Positions 9,801 through 19,600 of a stretch of 64,000 nucleotides of DNA are shown piece after piece. The notes beneath the pieces are model-generated. The model did no database searches. It saw only the letters and a program-made list of their open reading frames with translations, and was not told the origin of the DNA. Numbering within the stretch: position 1 is the stretch's first letter; every line of letters begins with the position of its first letter. This DNA is from Promethearchaeia archaeon. GTDB lineage: Archaea > Asgardarchaeota > Lokiarchaeia > Sigyniarchaeales > SOKP01. A program made the translations under genes and the position numbers. The DNA lies in the NCBI GenBank assembly GCA_029856145.1, contig JAHQWK010000020.1:32001-96000 (forward strand). The letters run 5' to 3'.

Positions 9801-11373
9801 CAGTCTGAATTGATGCAAACCCACTTAAATCTGTATCATCTTGTCCCAGTACTCGACCTGTAGTATAATCTCTGAAAGTTATAGTTAAATTATCTACAGG
9901 GTCTGTAATTGAACTAACAATAGCAGATATACTAGCTGTATCCGGTCGTATATAGGAAGTTTGATCAGTTGAAACGGTGATATTATAATTACCTCCTATT
10001 ATAGGACTTCCCCCGCCTCCGAAGCTGTCAAAAATATCAAATTGAACCCATTTTCCTTTTCCATAAATATCTGTTGGCACGTAGATCTCTGCCCAATTAT
10101 AAAGATTTTTGTATTTAATCGCAAATCCCCATTGACCCTCATCATTATCCCAAAATTCTTCAATCATCAAACTATTGAAACCATCGACAAATCGACACGA
10201 GACTTCAAAAGCTCTAGCAAAAGCACAAAACGCTGAAGCAAAATCAGACCATAATCCTTGCTCAGTTTCACAAAACCAGTCAATATCATCTCTTCCTTCT
10301 GGGGCAGGATTATAGTCATCAGGATTCATTGGAAATGAAAATTGAGTTTGTAAATAATTTCTAATCTTATTTGCAACCCAAAAATCATGATCATTAGCAT
10401 TTATTCTATCATCTAAGATATCATAATGGTTAGTAAAATAAGGATTATTAGTCTTATAGACTTCAATTGTAGGAGGTAATTGTAAATATTTATTCTGTAA
10501 ACTCAAATACTCTGGTGAAGGATCAGTAACAATAACCGCACTGGTGTTTAATTCTTCATTTGATGGCAAGTAATTATAAAAGCCAAATATCTCAAATGTC
10601 ATATTTACATCATCATCTGAAGAAAATGAAAGATCTAGTGTAGTAGAATTATATTCATCTTTATACAACTGAGGTGAGGCGGGATCTAAATTTGGTGCAG
10701 AAATTGTATCCATAACAAAAGGACTTGGAAAGAGAGTAGGTAGAACCATTGAATTAGCTCCAATATTCGGGGATAATGGCATTTTTAATTTTAAAAGCTC
10801 AGGATCAGGGAAATAATTTGCAAGATAATCACCATAAGAGTATAAATCATAAAGATTACTCACTGCATTTGATGTCCAACCTTCACCAGTATACTCATCA
10901 AAACATTCATATTTCCATAAAACATCTGACATATTATTGAACGAGAGATAATCATATACTCTAAAAACTTCAATTTCTCCCGCTCCAGAATACAGAAGAT
11001 CAAGTAAACCTTGAGAAAAGTTTCCTAAATCTAAATCATCAATATCTCCATCAAACATTTCTGATAGTAAGTCGAGGAGAGAAGCAGGATCATCTACTTG
11101 ATCTAATAAATCTTGCCAAAAATCCTCATCAAATGGATAATTATCTACTAAATCGGCGTCTTCCCATTCAGTTTCGCCTTTTTCCTTATTAGGGTTTGGT
11201 CTATTAGTCCCAAAAAGAAAACTAATTAGTACTGTAGAGAAAGCAAATATACTAATTAAAAGCATTGCTACTAATGCTACTCCTATAATCCTTTTTTTAT
11301 TAATGCCGCCGCCTAATAATTCATCTCTTAAATCTGGCATATTTTTCTGAAAATGAAACTTATTTTTTTCCAA
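6847..11373 (-). CDS. Large surface protein with a transglutaminase-like domain (catalytic residues appear lost) and about four Ig-like repeat units
   Basis: N-terminal TM; TGase-like core GLWSDFASAFCAFARAFEVSCRFVDGF...YNWAEIY...WVQFD; repeated F-x-D...G...G-x-AS...AGPHLI-x-A units. TTG start. Confidence 0.8.
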   Translation of the reverse strand: MEKNKFHFQKNMPDLRDELLGGGINKKRIIGVALVAMLLISIFAFSTVLISFLFGTNRPNPNKEKGETEWEDADLVDNYPFDEDFWQDLLDQVDDPASLLDLLSEMFDGDIDDLDLGNFSQGLLDLLYSGAGEIEVFRVYDYLSFNNMSDVLWKYECFDEYTGEGWTSNAVSNLYDLYSYGDYLANYFPDPELLKLKMPLSPNIGANSMVLPTLFPSPFVMDTISAPNLDPASPQLYKDEYNSTTLDLSFSSDDDVNMTFEIFGFYNYLPSNEELNTSAVIVTDPSPEYLSLQNKYLQLPPTIEVYKTNNPYFTNHYDILDDRINANDHDFWVANKIRNYLQTQFSFPMNPDDYNPAPEGRDDIDWFCETEQGLWSDFASAFCAFARAFEVSCRFVDGFNSLMIEEFWDNDEGQWGFAIKYKNLYNWAEIYVPTDIYGKGKWVQFDIFDSFGGGGSPIIGGNYNITVSTDQTSYIRPDTASISAIVSSITDPVDNLTITFRDYTTGRVLGQDDTDLSGFASIQTVFNVTEIVGPHLIEARFDFFNAGYNLTTISGDISIALTDVNPGEINVSDAQPDITNVVGFVYDPLNGNRVEGPELNIRLFRKGTNNGVSNAFSPSAINTTYDGDFNDFLDLNHNTAGNYEVRADLNGTWWIDTPLGTYSYSLLSLLFQVPYYYMTNSSNRLDFNITKALDVWFYIDGLPSNYPNIPPNYASVSRYHNLNLTAKVVSVVLGPISNKLVSFYDYSRGDILIGSDISDANGFASINYPVADYSVAGPNLLYAKIGLQENHSYFILNEEPTINILSGPTPRVINRTGGGVTQFNIVGEIYDSTNTSLPLSFSYISLKLLKDGMDYSSNLTPSETFQTDINGYFDLDFGVIPNISPGNYTLRLDFNGTLNFNDFPPSHPYRYFFNLPFINTSTYFSNDLQIDAPAILQFNFWINGTTADDTYNPTINRGNKLNLTAFIQYGGIPIDDGQWVNFYDVTEDIPIGSAQTSSGYAQVIYSTGFSTTAGPHLIYATWNNKYNYSYFILDAPIDVNLDICPQPREVNRSGTDGRNFLIHGYINDSLNGNPIKYGEINVFMYDGLIDVSFYLNLESGSLQLGASGEINLIYSVSSATPAKNYTLQVDFNGIFIYTNPSYPHFFNLWYIANFTDSVPGLNDLRVIDPDDVDISFFIDGNPTQTFYWDGNPPERYNPGNNINFSVYILQSGVPVSSGTVSFTDIYTGNPLGTQSVINGEASVLVDTTNWHAGLHRIRAQWSGSGTINLTYVIINEYVNIFSNIDQSSILRDVDNFIVFGTVRQSGEFLRGLNLNIVLLDSSYSDVSVLYLNGAQTITINADGSYQFLNSIDLSCPQGAYYINITFTGGLNAPGISMSDYMLHNSSLLIPIDITAGTYITGNYETNVFKDVWYYGDDCYVYGYLYWDNGTAMAFMEINVTIRDGSGGILATQIWITDGTGFFNLTFTVGNWPDNTEVSVNFYPDDPDNFGIPDGLYIISTEQEVFRQV

Positions 11374-11604
11374 AAAAGTTTAGAATATTAATTTTAGAAT
11401 ATTAATAATAATTTTTTTATATATAATTTTCCAATCGTTTTTTAAATTGTTCAGATCTTTAAATATAAATTTTTCTGAAGTACTTAAATATATTTAAAAA
11501 GAAAATAGTACACTAAATAAATCTTGTAATAAAACTAAAATTAATAATTCTATTCAAAAAGATGACTAAAAAGTAATTAAGGATTAAAAGAAAGACTGAT
11601 AAAT

Positions 11605-12519
11605 TTAAAATTCAAATCCGCATTTAGTGCAAACCATTTTTTTTGCATAAATAGGTTTGGGAATATAGCTAATTATTCGTGTTCTATCTTCTACTTCTTT
11701 CACAGCAAATCCACTTGCACCACAATTAGGGCAAATTCTTCTTCCTGTTCCCATCGAGGGTGATGGACTTGGCGTTGATGTTGGAGTAGTTGACATACTT
11801 GGAGTAGTACTATAGTTTGTTGTTTGGTTTGTTATCCCTTGAGCTAAGCTAGAAGGCATAACTGCTTTTGGCTCTTTTAATTCTTGAATACGTTTTTCTT
11901 TGTATGTAATTTCTTCTTGTAATTTATTTATTTGTGCTTGCAACGGACCAAGTTGTTGCTGTAATATAGAGTTATGTTGCTGTAACTCTTGAACTTGTTG
12001 TTCCAATCCTGGTATATGGGCTTGTAATTGAGCATTCTGGTCTGTTAATTGTTGGACTTGCTGTTGGTAAGTTTCATTTGAAGATTGTAGAGATTGTAAT
12101 TGGTTTGCCAATCTATTTACTTGATTTTCTTTCTCTCGAAGTTGAGCACTTAATTGGGAAGTTTGACTACTTAAATCGCTAATTTGGGATTGTAATTGGC
12201 CTAAACTTGAATCTTTTTCTTGGAGTTGGGTATATATTGTATCATATTCTGCTTGTGAAGGACCGGTAGGAATTGAGGGAGCAGTTTGAATAATTGGTGG
12301 AGCTGTAGGTTCCATGGTAATAGGAGGAGTTGGTTCATATATAGGGGGCGCCGGAGGTTGTAAGGTAGGGGGAGGTGTCATAGGGGTAGGTGTCGAAGGA
12401 GGGGGCATTGAAGGAGGGGGCGTTAATGGGGTTACCGAAGGTGGGGGCATGGTTGGAAAAGAGACTTCTTTTTTTTTCTTTTCTTTATCATCATCATTTC
12501 TCTCATATTCATACGACAT
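11605..12519 (-). CDS. Proline-rich / coiled-coil / C-terminal zinc-ribbon protein
   Basis: PPP-rich N-terminus, Gln-rich heptad coiled coil, CPNC...CTKC ribbon. SD-like AGGAGA upstream. Confidence 0.8.
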   Translation of the reverse strand: MSYEYERNDDDKEKKKKEVSFPTMPPPSVTPLTPPPSMPPPSTPTPMTPPPTLQPPAPPIYEPTPPITMEPTAPPIIQTAPSIPTGPSQAEYDTIYTQLQEKDSSLGQLQSQISDLSSQTSQLSAQLREKENQVNRLANQLQSLQSSNETYQQQVQQLTDQNAQLQAHIPGLEQQVQELQQHNSILQQQLGPLQAQINKLQEEITYKEKRIQELKEPKAVMPSSLAQGITNQTTNYSTTPSMSTTPTSTPSPSPSMGTGRRICPNCGASGFAVKEVEDRTRIISYIPKPIYAKKMVCTKCGFEF

Positions 12520-12627
12520 GATAATCTCCTTATTGGTTAATTAAATTAAAAATATTTTCAATAATTTTATAGAAGTAATTATGATTATAGCATAAATGTA
12601 AATATAAAAGTGTTTGCATGTTATATC

Positions 12628-13722
12628 TTAAAAACAATTCCAATATGAACTTAATTTATCCTTTAAAGCGGGAATTAATCTGTTATTATAATAATCTAGT
12701 AATTTTTGTCCAGAAGTTCTTAATTCCTCTTTTATTAGATTATTATCCTCATTATTGAGAACTCTTAAGCAATTATAAACAGCTCGAGCTTGTTTATCTA
12801 ACTGATATCCCCCCTCTAAAGTTATTAGAATTCTTTCATCAGCATATTTTTGTGCTATTGTTTTAATTTTTTGTAAATATTCTGCGGGTGCTTGGTAAGT
12901 CCAATTCATGTTTGTCAATTGATCTGTCCAATGAGTATCAAAACCGGCAGAAATTAGGATGAATTCTGGTTTAAATTCTTCACAGATTGGAATGATTATT
13001 TCTTTTAAATAAATCGGTATCACATCATCAGCAGAGCCGGCAGGCATTGGATAATTAATTATTTTACCAGCACCTTTACCCTTGCCAATTTCATCGAAAT
13101 TTCCAGTTCCGGGATAAAAATATCCATATTGATGAGAATTGAACATTACTAATTCGCCAGAATCTGATTTAGAACCTTGATAAAATATATCTTGGGTACC
13201 ATTTCCATGGTGGCAATCCCAATCAATAATGACTACTTTTTTTATTCCTTTTTCTCTAAAAAGATATTCCGCAGTAATAGCAATATTATTGAAAATGCAA
13301 AATCCCGCAAATCGATGAGAATTAGAGTGGTGTCCAGGAGGTCTAACTAAAGCAAATGCATTCTTTATATTACCATTTATAATCTCATCAGCAGCCTGCA
13401 AGTTACCACCGACAGAAAATAACGATGCTTCATAAGTTTTAGGAGAGGCAATAGTATCGCCATCGTCTATATATTGAAGACGTTGTGTTTTAGCACTTAG
13501 TTCACAGATCTCTTGTATCTCTTTTATTATTCTTTCCCTATGGACATATCTTATTTGGTCAAGAGTCGCCTTCCTTGGTTTAATAATTCTATAGCTTGGA
13601 TCTTCAAGTAATTTTTTTTCTTTTAAAAAATCCATAATAGCAATTAATCTTTCATGGCTTTCTACATGAGTTCCTATGTCATGTTCTAGATAAATATCAT
13701 CATATACTATTCCAGTTGTCAT
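12628..13722 (-). CDS. Zn-dependent histone deacetylase family protein (HDAC/AcuC/AphA)
   Basis: RPPGHH, GFCIFNNIA, IDWDCHHGNGTQDIF, ISAGFDTH, LEGGY. Confidence 0.95.
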   Translation of the reverse strand: MTTGIVYDDIYLEHDIGTHVESHERLIAIMDFLKEKKLLEDPSYRIIKPRKATLDQIRYVHRERIIKEIQEICELSAKTQRLQYIDDGDTIASPKTYEASLFSVGGNLQAADEIINGNIKNAFALVRPPGHHSNSHRFAGFCIFNNIAITAEYLFREKGIKKVVIIDWDCHHGNGTQDIFYQGSKSDSGELVMFNSHQYGYFYPGTGNFDEIGKGKGAGKIINYPMPAGSADDVIPIYLKEIIIPICEEFKPEFILISAGFDTHWTDQLTNMNWTYQAPAEYLQKIKTIAQKYADERILITLEGGYQLDKQARAVYNCLRVLNNEDNNLIKEELRTSGQKLLDYYNNRLIPALKDKLSSYWNCF

Positions 13723-13840
13723 AATTGTAGATTTATACCTTATTCTTTATTTTCTGAATTCAATTCAATAATTTTAAGCTTCAATTATTTTAATATTTAC
13801 ATATATACTTATAAAATTTTCTTCATAGATTTAGTTAAAT

Positions 13841-14365
13841 ATGAAAAAAATTAAGAAACTAAGTCTAAAAATCATTATAGTGGGAGAACCCGCTGTAGGT
13901 AAAACTAGTTTGGTTAAAAAGTTTGTATCGGGGCAATTTGCTAAAGATTATCGTTCTAGTATTGGGACTAATATATTTATTAAAAAAATTAATCTTAAAA
14001 ATATCGGTAAAGTAACAATTCAACTATGGGATATAGCTGGACAAGAACGCTGGATAAATATGAGACGTTCTTATTATGTTGGGTCAAAAGGAGTGCTTAT
14101 TGTAGGGGATTTGACGAGAAAAAATACATTTGATCAAATTAGACATTTTTGGGTTCCGGATGTAAAACAACATTGTGAAGTTGCCCCCATTGTATTACTC
14201 GCTAACAAAAATGACTTAGAAAAAGAATTAAGTGAAAAAGAGATTAATTCTTTAGGAAAAGAAATTAATGCGATTTCAATTGTTTATACATCTGCTAAAA
14301 CAGGTGAAAATGTTGAAATGGCTTTTAAAATAATATCTGAACAAGTAATAAACAAATTTTATTAA
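13841..14365 (+). CDS. Rab-like small GTPase (Ras superfamily)
   Basis: G1 GEPAVGKTS, G3 WDIAGQE, G4 NKND, G5 SAK. No C-terminal Cys prenylation motif. Confidence 0.95.
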   Translation: MKKIKKLSLKIIIVGEPAVGKTSLVKKFVSGQFAKDYRSSIGTNIFIKKINLKNIGKVTIQLWDIAGQERWINMRRSYYVGSKGVLIVGDLTRKNTFDQIRHFWVPDVKQHCEVAPIVLLANKNDLEKELSEKEINSLGKEINAISIVYTSAKTGENVEMAFKIISEQVINKFY

Positions 14366-16488
14366 ATTTCTTTATTTGTGAATCTAAGTAGATTATTTTT
14401 TGGTTCATATAGAGTTCCTTCTTTTAGTAATTCTCCTAGAGCACTTTCAATAAATTTTCTATCTAAATTTTCTTCTAATTCTAAAATTTGAATAACGTTG
14501 GACTTTTCAAGTGCTTTCCAATTGTTTTCCTCAAAGATTTCTTTCAATCTATTCATTAAAGTATCTAGTTTATTAAGATTGCTTCTAGATTGACCAACAA
14601 AAATTCTATCCATATCAATTTTGCCAGTTGTTTCATCATAACCTGTATCTTTTAGATATCTTTTAAATAGTTTAAAAATTTCTTCTACGTCTTCTTTAAG
14701 TACTTTATTTCTTAAAGCCATTTTTGCATAAGCTTCACTAAGTCTAACTAAGGCATCTAAATTTCTTGCTAAAATTGATATAATCGCATCTTCACTATCA
14801 TATTGACCTCTTAAATTTAGGTAAAATTCTTTTATTCTTTCCTTAGCCTCATCAGACAATATCGGGTTGCAGGTCCTTCTTGCGTGTTTGATATATTTTT
14901 TTAGAATCTCCCTTGAGATTGGTGCTATAGAAGTATCAATTTCTTCTATTGTTTCTTCTGGGTCAAACATAGAATTTTTTAATATAAATTCAGCCATTTG
15001 TGCATCATCTGCCTGATTAGGTTTATCAACAACCACAAAAATTAAATCAAACCGAGATAAAAGAGAAGGTGGCAATCGAATATTTTGAGTAGGAGTTTTA
15101 TATCTATCGTATCTTCCAGAATGAGGATTTGCTGCTGATATAATTGCGGTTTGGGCTTTCAATGTAGCAACAATTCCAGCTTTAGCAATACTGACAGTTT
15201 GTTGTTCCATCGCCTCATGCAGTGCTGATCTATCTGCAGTATCCATCTTATCAAATTCATCTATTGCCGCTACGCCTCCATTTGCTAACACAACAACACC
15301 TGCCTCAAGGTTCATCTGACCTGTGTCAGTGTCTTTAATTACAGCAGCCGTTAGACCTACGGCTGTTGAGCCTTTCCCAGAAGTATATAATCCTCTTGGG
15401 GATACTTCTATGGCGCTTTTCAGGATTTCTGATTTTCCCGTTCCTGGATCTCCAACAAATAATACGTGGATGTCACCTCTTTTATAGCCTCCTCCAGGTT
15501 TTTTCTTTCTTGTTCCTGCAAATAAGCTTAAAGCTGAAGCCATTTTAAGATCTTGTCTCCCATATATATCAGGAGCAATTGATCTTGCGATTTTTTTTTG
15601 AATAAAAGGTTCTTTAGACAGATCCTCAATTTTTTTCCTGTCCTCTTTGGTGAGATCAATAATATCATCAGTTTTATCCTCAGGGTCAATAAAATTGATA
15701 TCAATAAAAGTCTTGAATAATGTAGAATTATTACTTTTAGTTGACTGAGCTAAAACTGATTTAAAAATTCCCAATATCTTTACTCTATCACCAGGTTTTA
15801 CCGTATCAACTAAATTATAGGTTAAAATTGCTTGAACTGATCTAGGAATTCTTCCAGGCGGTAAATCTTCTGGTATTTCCTGTATCATTATAGACTGCCA
15901 ATCAATAAATTCTGAATGTTTTGATATTAGTCTAAAGTCTGTTTGAGCTTTAGCTTTACACCGTTTATTTATACAAAATTTTGGCCATCTTATTCTGGAA
16001 GTCAACTGAATAACATCAAATTGAGCTCCACATAAATTACATTCAAAAGATGCTTTTACGATTTTTGGTCTTATTGTAGAACATCTGACTAAAATACCTT
16101 TAGACCAAACAAGAGTGCTAATATGTTTTGCTCTTAAACCTCTTAAAGGAAGAAATAATGGGCTCTTTTTATCTTTAGTAGTTATTCTTACGAAATAGTT
16201 TTTATTAGTTAGTTTTGACCCTTGAAATTTTAATAAATTTTTGAATGCTTCAACAGCATCTTCAATTATCGCTTCAGGATCTTTTTTAAGCATTTCTGCT
16301 ATATCAGGATCACTCGCTAATAAATCTTCAAAAAGTATTATTAATGTATTCTCACCTTTTGCATAGATATCGTTAATTTGATCTTGATATTTATACGCAC
16401 CTGGACTTTCTTGAAATAGTCGATAAAAATCCTCAAAGCGTTGAACTTTATTAATTGGGCTACTAGGACTGGAGAGAGGGATTGTCAT
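14362..16488 (-). CDS. mcm: Replicative helicase MCM
   Basis: CNLC...CINKRC zinc finger, GDPGTGKS Walker A, IDEFDKM Walker B, HEAMEQQTVSIAKAG, LLSRFD Arg finger. No intein. Confidence 0.97.
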   Translation of the reverse strand: MTIPLSSPSSPINKVQRFEDFYRLFQESPGAYKYQDQINDIYAKGENTLIILFEDLLASDPDIAEMLKKDPEAIIEDAVEAFKNLLKFQGSKLTNKNYFVRITTKDKKSPLFLPLRGLRAKHISTLVWSKGILVRCSTIRPKIVKASFECNLCGAQFDVIQLTSRIRWPKFCINKRCKAKAQTDFRLISKHSEFIDWQSIMIQEIPEDLPPGRIPRSVQAILTYNLVDTVKPGDRVKILGIFKSVLAQSTKSNNSTLFKTFIDINFIDPEDKTDDIIDLTKEDRKKIEDLSKEPFIQKKIARSIAPDIYGRQDLKMASALSLFAGTRKKKPGGGYKRGDIHVLFVGDPGTGKSEILKSAIEVSPRGLYTSGKGSTAVGLTAAVIKDTDTGQMNLEAGVVVLANGGVAAIDEFDKMDTADRSALHEAMEQQTVSIAKAGIVATLKAQTAIISAANPHSGRYDRYKTPTQNIRLPPSLLSRFDLIFVVVDKPNQADDAQMAEFILKNSMFDPEETIEEIDTSIAPISREILKKYIKHARRTCNPILSDEAKERIKEFYLNLRGQYDSEDAIISILARNLDALVRLSEAYAKMALRNKVLKEDVEEIFKLFKRYLKDTGYDETTGKIDMDRIFVGQSRSNLNKLDTLMNRLKEIFEENNWKALEKSNVIQILELEENLDRKFIESALGELLKEGTLYEPKNNLLRFTNKEI

Positions 16489-16658
16489 GACAAAAAACTT
16501 TAATTTTTTTGATATACCTAAATTATTCTTGGTGATTTTTTAATTCTGATATTAATGACTTATTTTATTAAAGTGTAAATAAACAACTATAATAAACCCG
16601 AGACTGTCGTAAGGTTTACTGAATTATGTTTGAATCTATTGAACTGGGAAATTATATC

Positions 16659-19600
16659 TTAATTTCCCCTCAATTGTTGGAGAGTTTCACAGATAATAGG
16701 GTCTTGACTCATTTCACATCTAATTTTTAATAGAGAAATTACCCTCTTCTTGATTTTTTCATTTTCATACCTTACTGTTCGACCTAAAATTAATGCAATT
16801 GAACGTTGAGTTATTAAAGAACCTTTACCGCTTAAATTTTGTAAAAGTTTAGTTAATATTCGATTAAGTCCAATTTCCCTTATAATTTCAACAAAACTAT
16901 TAATCATACTGGTTCTAACTTCTTTTGATTCATCCCCTAGTAAGAATATTATTATATCAAGAATCTCTTCAATTTGATTGTTATAAATCCTAATTAATCT
17001 AGCTGAGGCTTCTCTAATTTTAGGATCAGCACTCTTTAAATGTTCATGTAACTTATTAAATGGAATGTGATAACCATTCACTTCTCTGATATCAGATAAT
17101 ATATTTAAAGCAGACCAGCGAACCCAATTTTGTTCATCGCTAAGGAGGGAAATAAGTTTTTCAATAATTTTTTCCTTATCATCGACATGACCAATTATTT
17201 TACCTAAGCTTGATACTGCTGCTTCTCTTACAATCCATTCGTCATCAATTAAAGCAGTATTTATTAAAGCATCAATAACTGATAAAGGAAGTTTATATCC
17301 GATAAATCCTAAAACTTTAACACATGTTTCACGAATAAATGAGTCTTTATCACCAAGTAAATTCAAAGTATCTTTGATTGGAATAATTTCTGGTGAAATT
17401 TTAGCAATTTCTAATAATGATTTGGTTAGAACAATCTTTACTTTTGAATCTTGTTCAGTTAAAGTATGAAAAAATTCCGCTATAAATGGTTTTATTAGTG
17501 AAGGATCTTTTTGAGCTATTTTTGAAATTATACCAGAAGCCTTTTTCTTTACCTGATTATTCTTATCATTTTGTAATATTAAAATGATCGGTTTTACATC
17601 AATATAATCAATGAATTCTTCTATTAATCCATCAATAGATGCAAGGGCGTTTAATCTTACATCGACATCCTCTGCAGCTGAATATTTCAATAATGTTGGA
17701 ATAATATTTCTTGGATCTTTTTTACCTATTTTTATTAATGTTTTTGATATAATTCCCTTTGTTATATATGTTGTAACATCCGGTATTTTAATTAAATTCT
17801 GAATTACTAAATCAGGATTTTTAGTATATTTTTCTGTTAAAATCTCTGAAATATTTTCTCTTAATTCATCATTTTCAAATTTGATATATATGAGAAGAGT
17901 AGTTAATATTTTTTCTGAATTATATTTCCATAGTCCGCCAAGAAGTTTAACAACATTATTTAAAATCTCAAAATTATTTGGATCAACTCTATTAATAATG
18001 ACATTAATATCTAATAATTCAGGCTCTTCTTCAAAATATTTTTCGAGAGTGTTTATAGCTGCTTGTCTTGCTTTTTCATTTGAATCAGTTAAGCCTTCTA
18101 AGAATGGTAGAAGTGGAATATTATTTTTTTTAAAATTACCAATTTTCGCAAGAACATCAAAAATCGATGCTCTTACAGAACTAGATGGATCTTTAATTAA
18201 AGGAATAATTTTAGAAATGATTTTTCGATCAATTTGTTTAAAATTAAGATTTCTTATATTTTTAATTGCTGCAGCACTTATTTTATTATTTATATGAAAG
18301 ATTTTGTCAATTATTAGATCAATAGGAAGCTCGTAGGAACTATCAGCTAAAAAATTAAGAGTCTCAACCACAATTTTACTATTTGGGTCATTTATTAATT
18401 TTTTAATGTTTAAATTAAGAAAGACTTTTTTTTGTTTACTTTTTGATCTGCTTAGAACCTTTAATCCTATTAATCTTAATCTCCATTCTGAATCTTCAAT
18501 GAGATTAAGAATTAGCTCTTTAGGTATCTTTTCTACGAAATTGAGGTCTGCTTTTAAGAGTGTTCTTGCTATAGGGATACTTTTATCGTAATTTGGAGAT
18601 TCTAATGCTTCTACTATCCAAGGTAATACAAACTCCGGAACATCATTTTCCAACTGAACTAAAATTTGGTTACATCTTTTTCTTGAATATTTATTATAAT
18701 CACATATACCATCCAGTAATGAATTTTTAAATTTCCAATCATTAAGAATTGTATTATCTTTTAGTGGAATTCTTTCAAACATCATAATTAAAGTTTCTAC
18801 AGCATGTTTTCTTATCTTAAGATTACGATGCTTTATGAGAGTAAATAGTGGAATAGGATCAAATGTTTGCCCGCATTCTGTAATTTTAGAATGCTTAATA
18901 TTCATTACAAAATCGTTGTTCCTTGCTAAAAAATAATATGAAGTAAAAATTATCAATACTATTTCTTCAATCACCGCCGCCCAAGCAAACTTAATAGAAT
19001 TTAGACTGATTTGGCTAGTAAAAATCCATTCGTTAAAAATATCCTCCAGCATAGTAGGATTTACTATTAAAAAATTAACTAAAACATTAATTCCTATTGA
19101 AGCCATTAAATAGGCAGCAAAATAAATATCAATTCCTCTATATTTTATTTTTCTACCCCAAAAACGAGTGAAATATCCTAATATTCCGAAAAGAAGAGTT
19201 ACAAATACAAAAATTGAAGACATGGTTGATATGGCTAATGTTTCAGTGAAAAAGAAAATTACCGTTTGGAATAATGATATCCATGCCCATACAAATACAA
19301 ATAGCATCAAACCTAATATAATATAATGGCCAGGCTCTGATGTAAATTGTTTCATTCCCCTTTTGCTATCTTCAAAATTTAGAAATATTGATCTTCTAAT
19401 TTCTGGTATATGATAATATGCATTTGAAATACCAGCAATATATCCTTTAGATCCATAAAAAGTTAAAATCATTAGAGGATATACGAGCATCCAAGTTATT
19501 AACACCACAATAAAAGGTAATCCTAGAAAAGTTAGGATAATTGGAGGGAAGATAAATACTAATAGGAAAAAAGTGAAGGCAACTAATACCTTTATAAACT

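Noticed and set aside
16550-16625. Possible C/D sRNA or SECIS element in the mcm upstream spacer
   Set aside because: No proper box C, no SECIS core geometry, and no selenoprotein (in-frame UGA) gene nearby.
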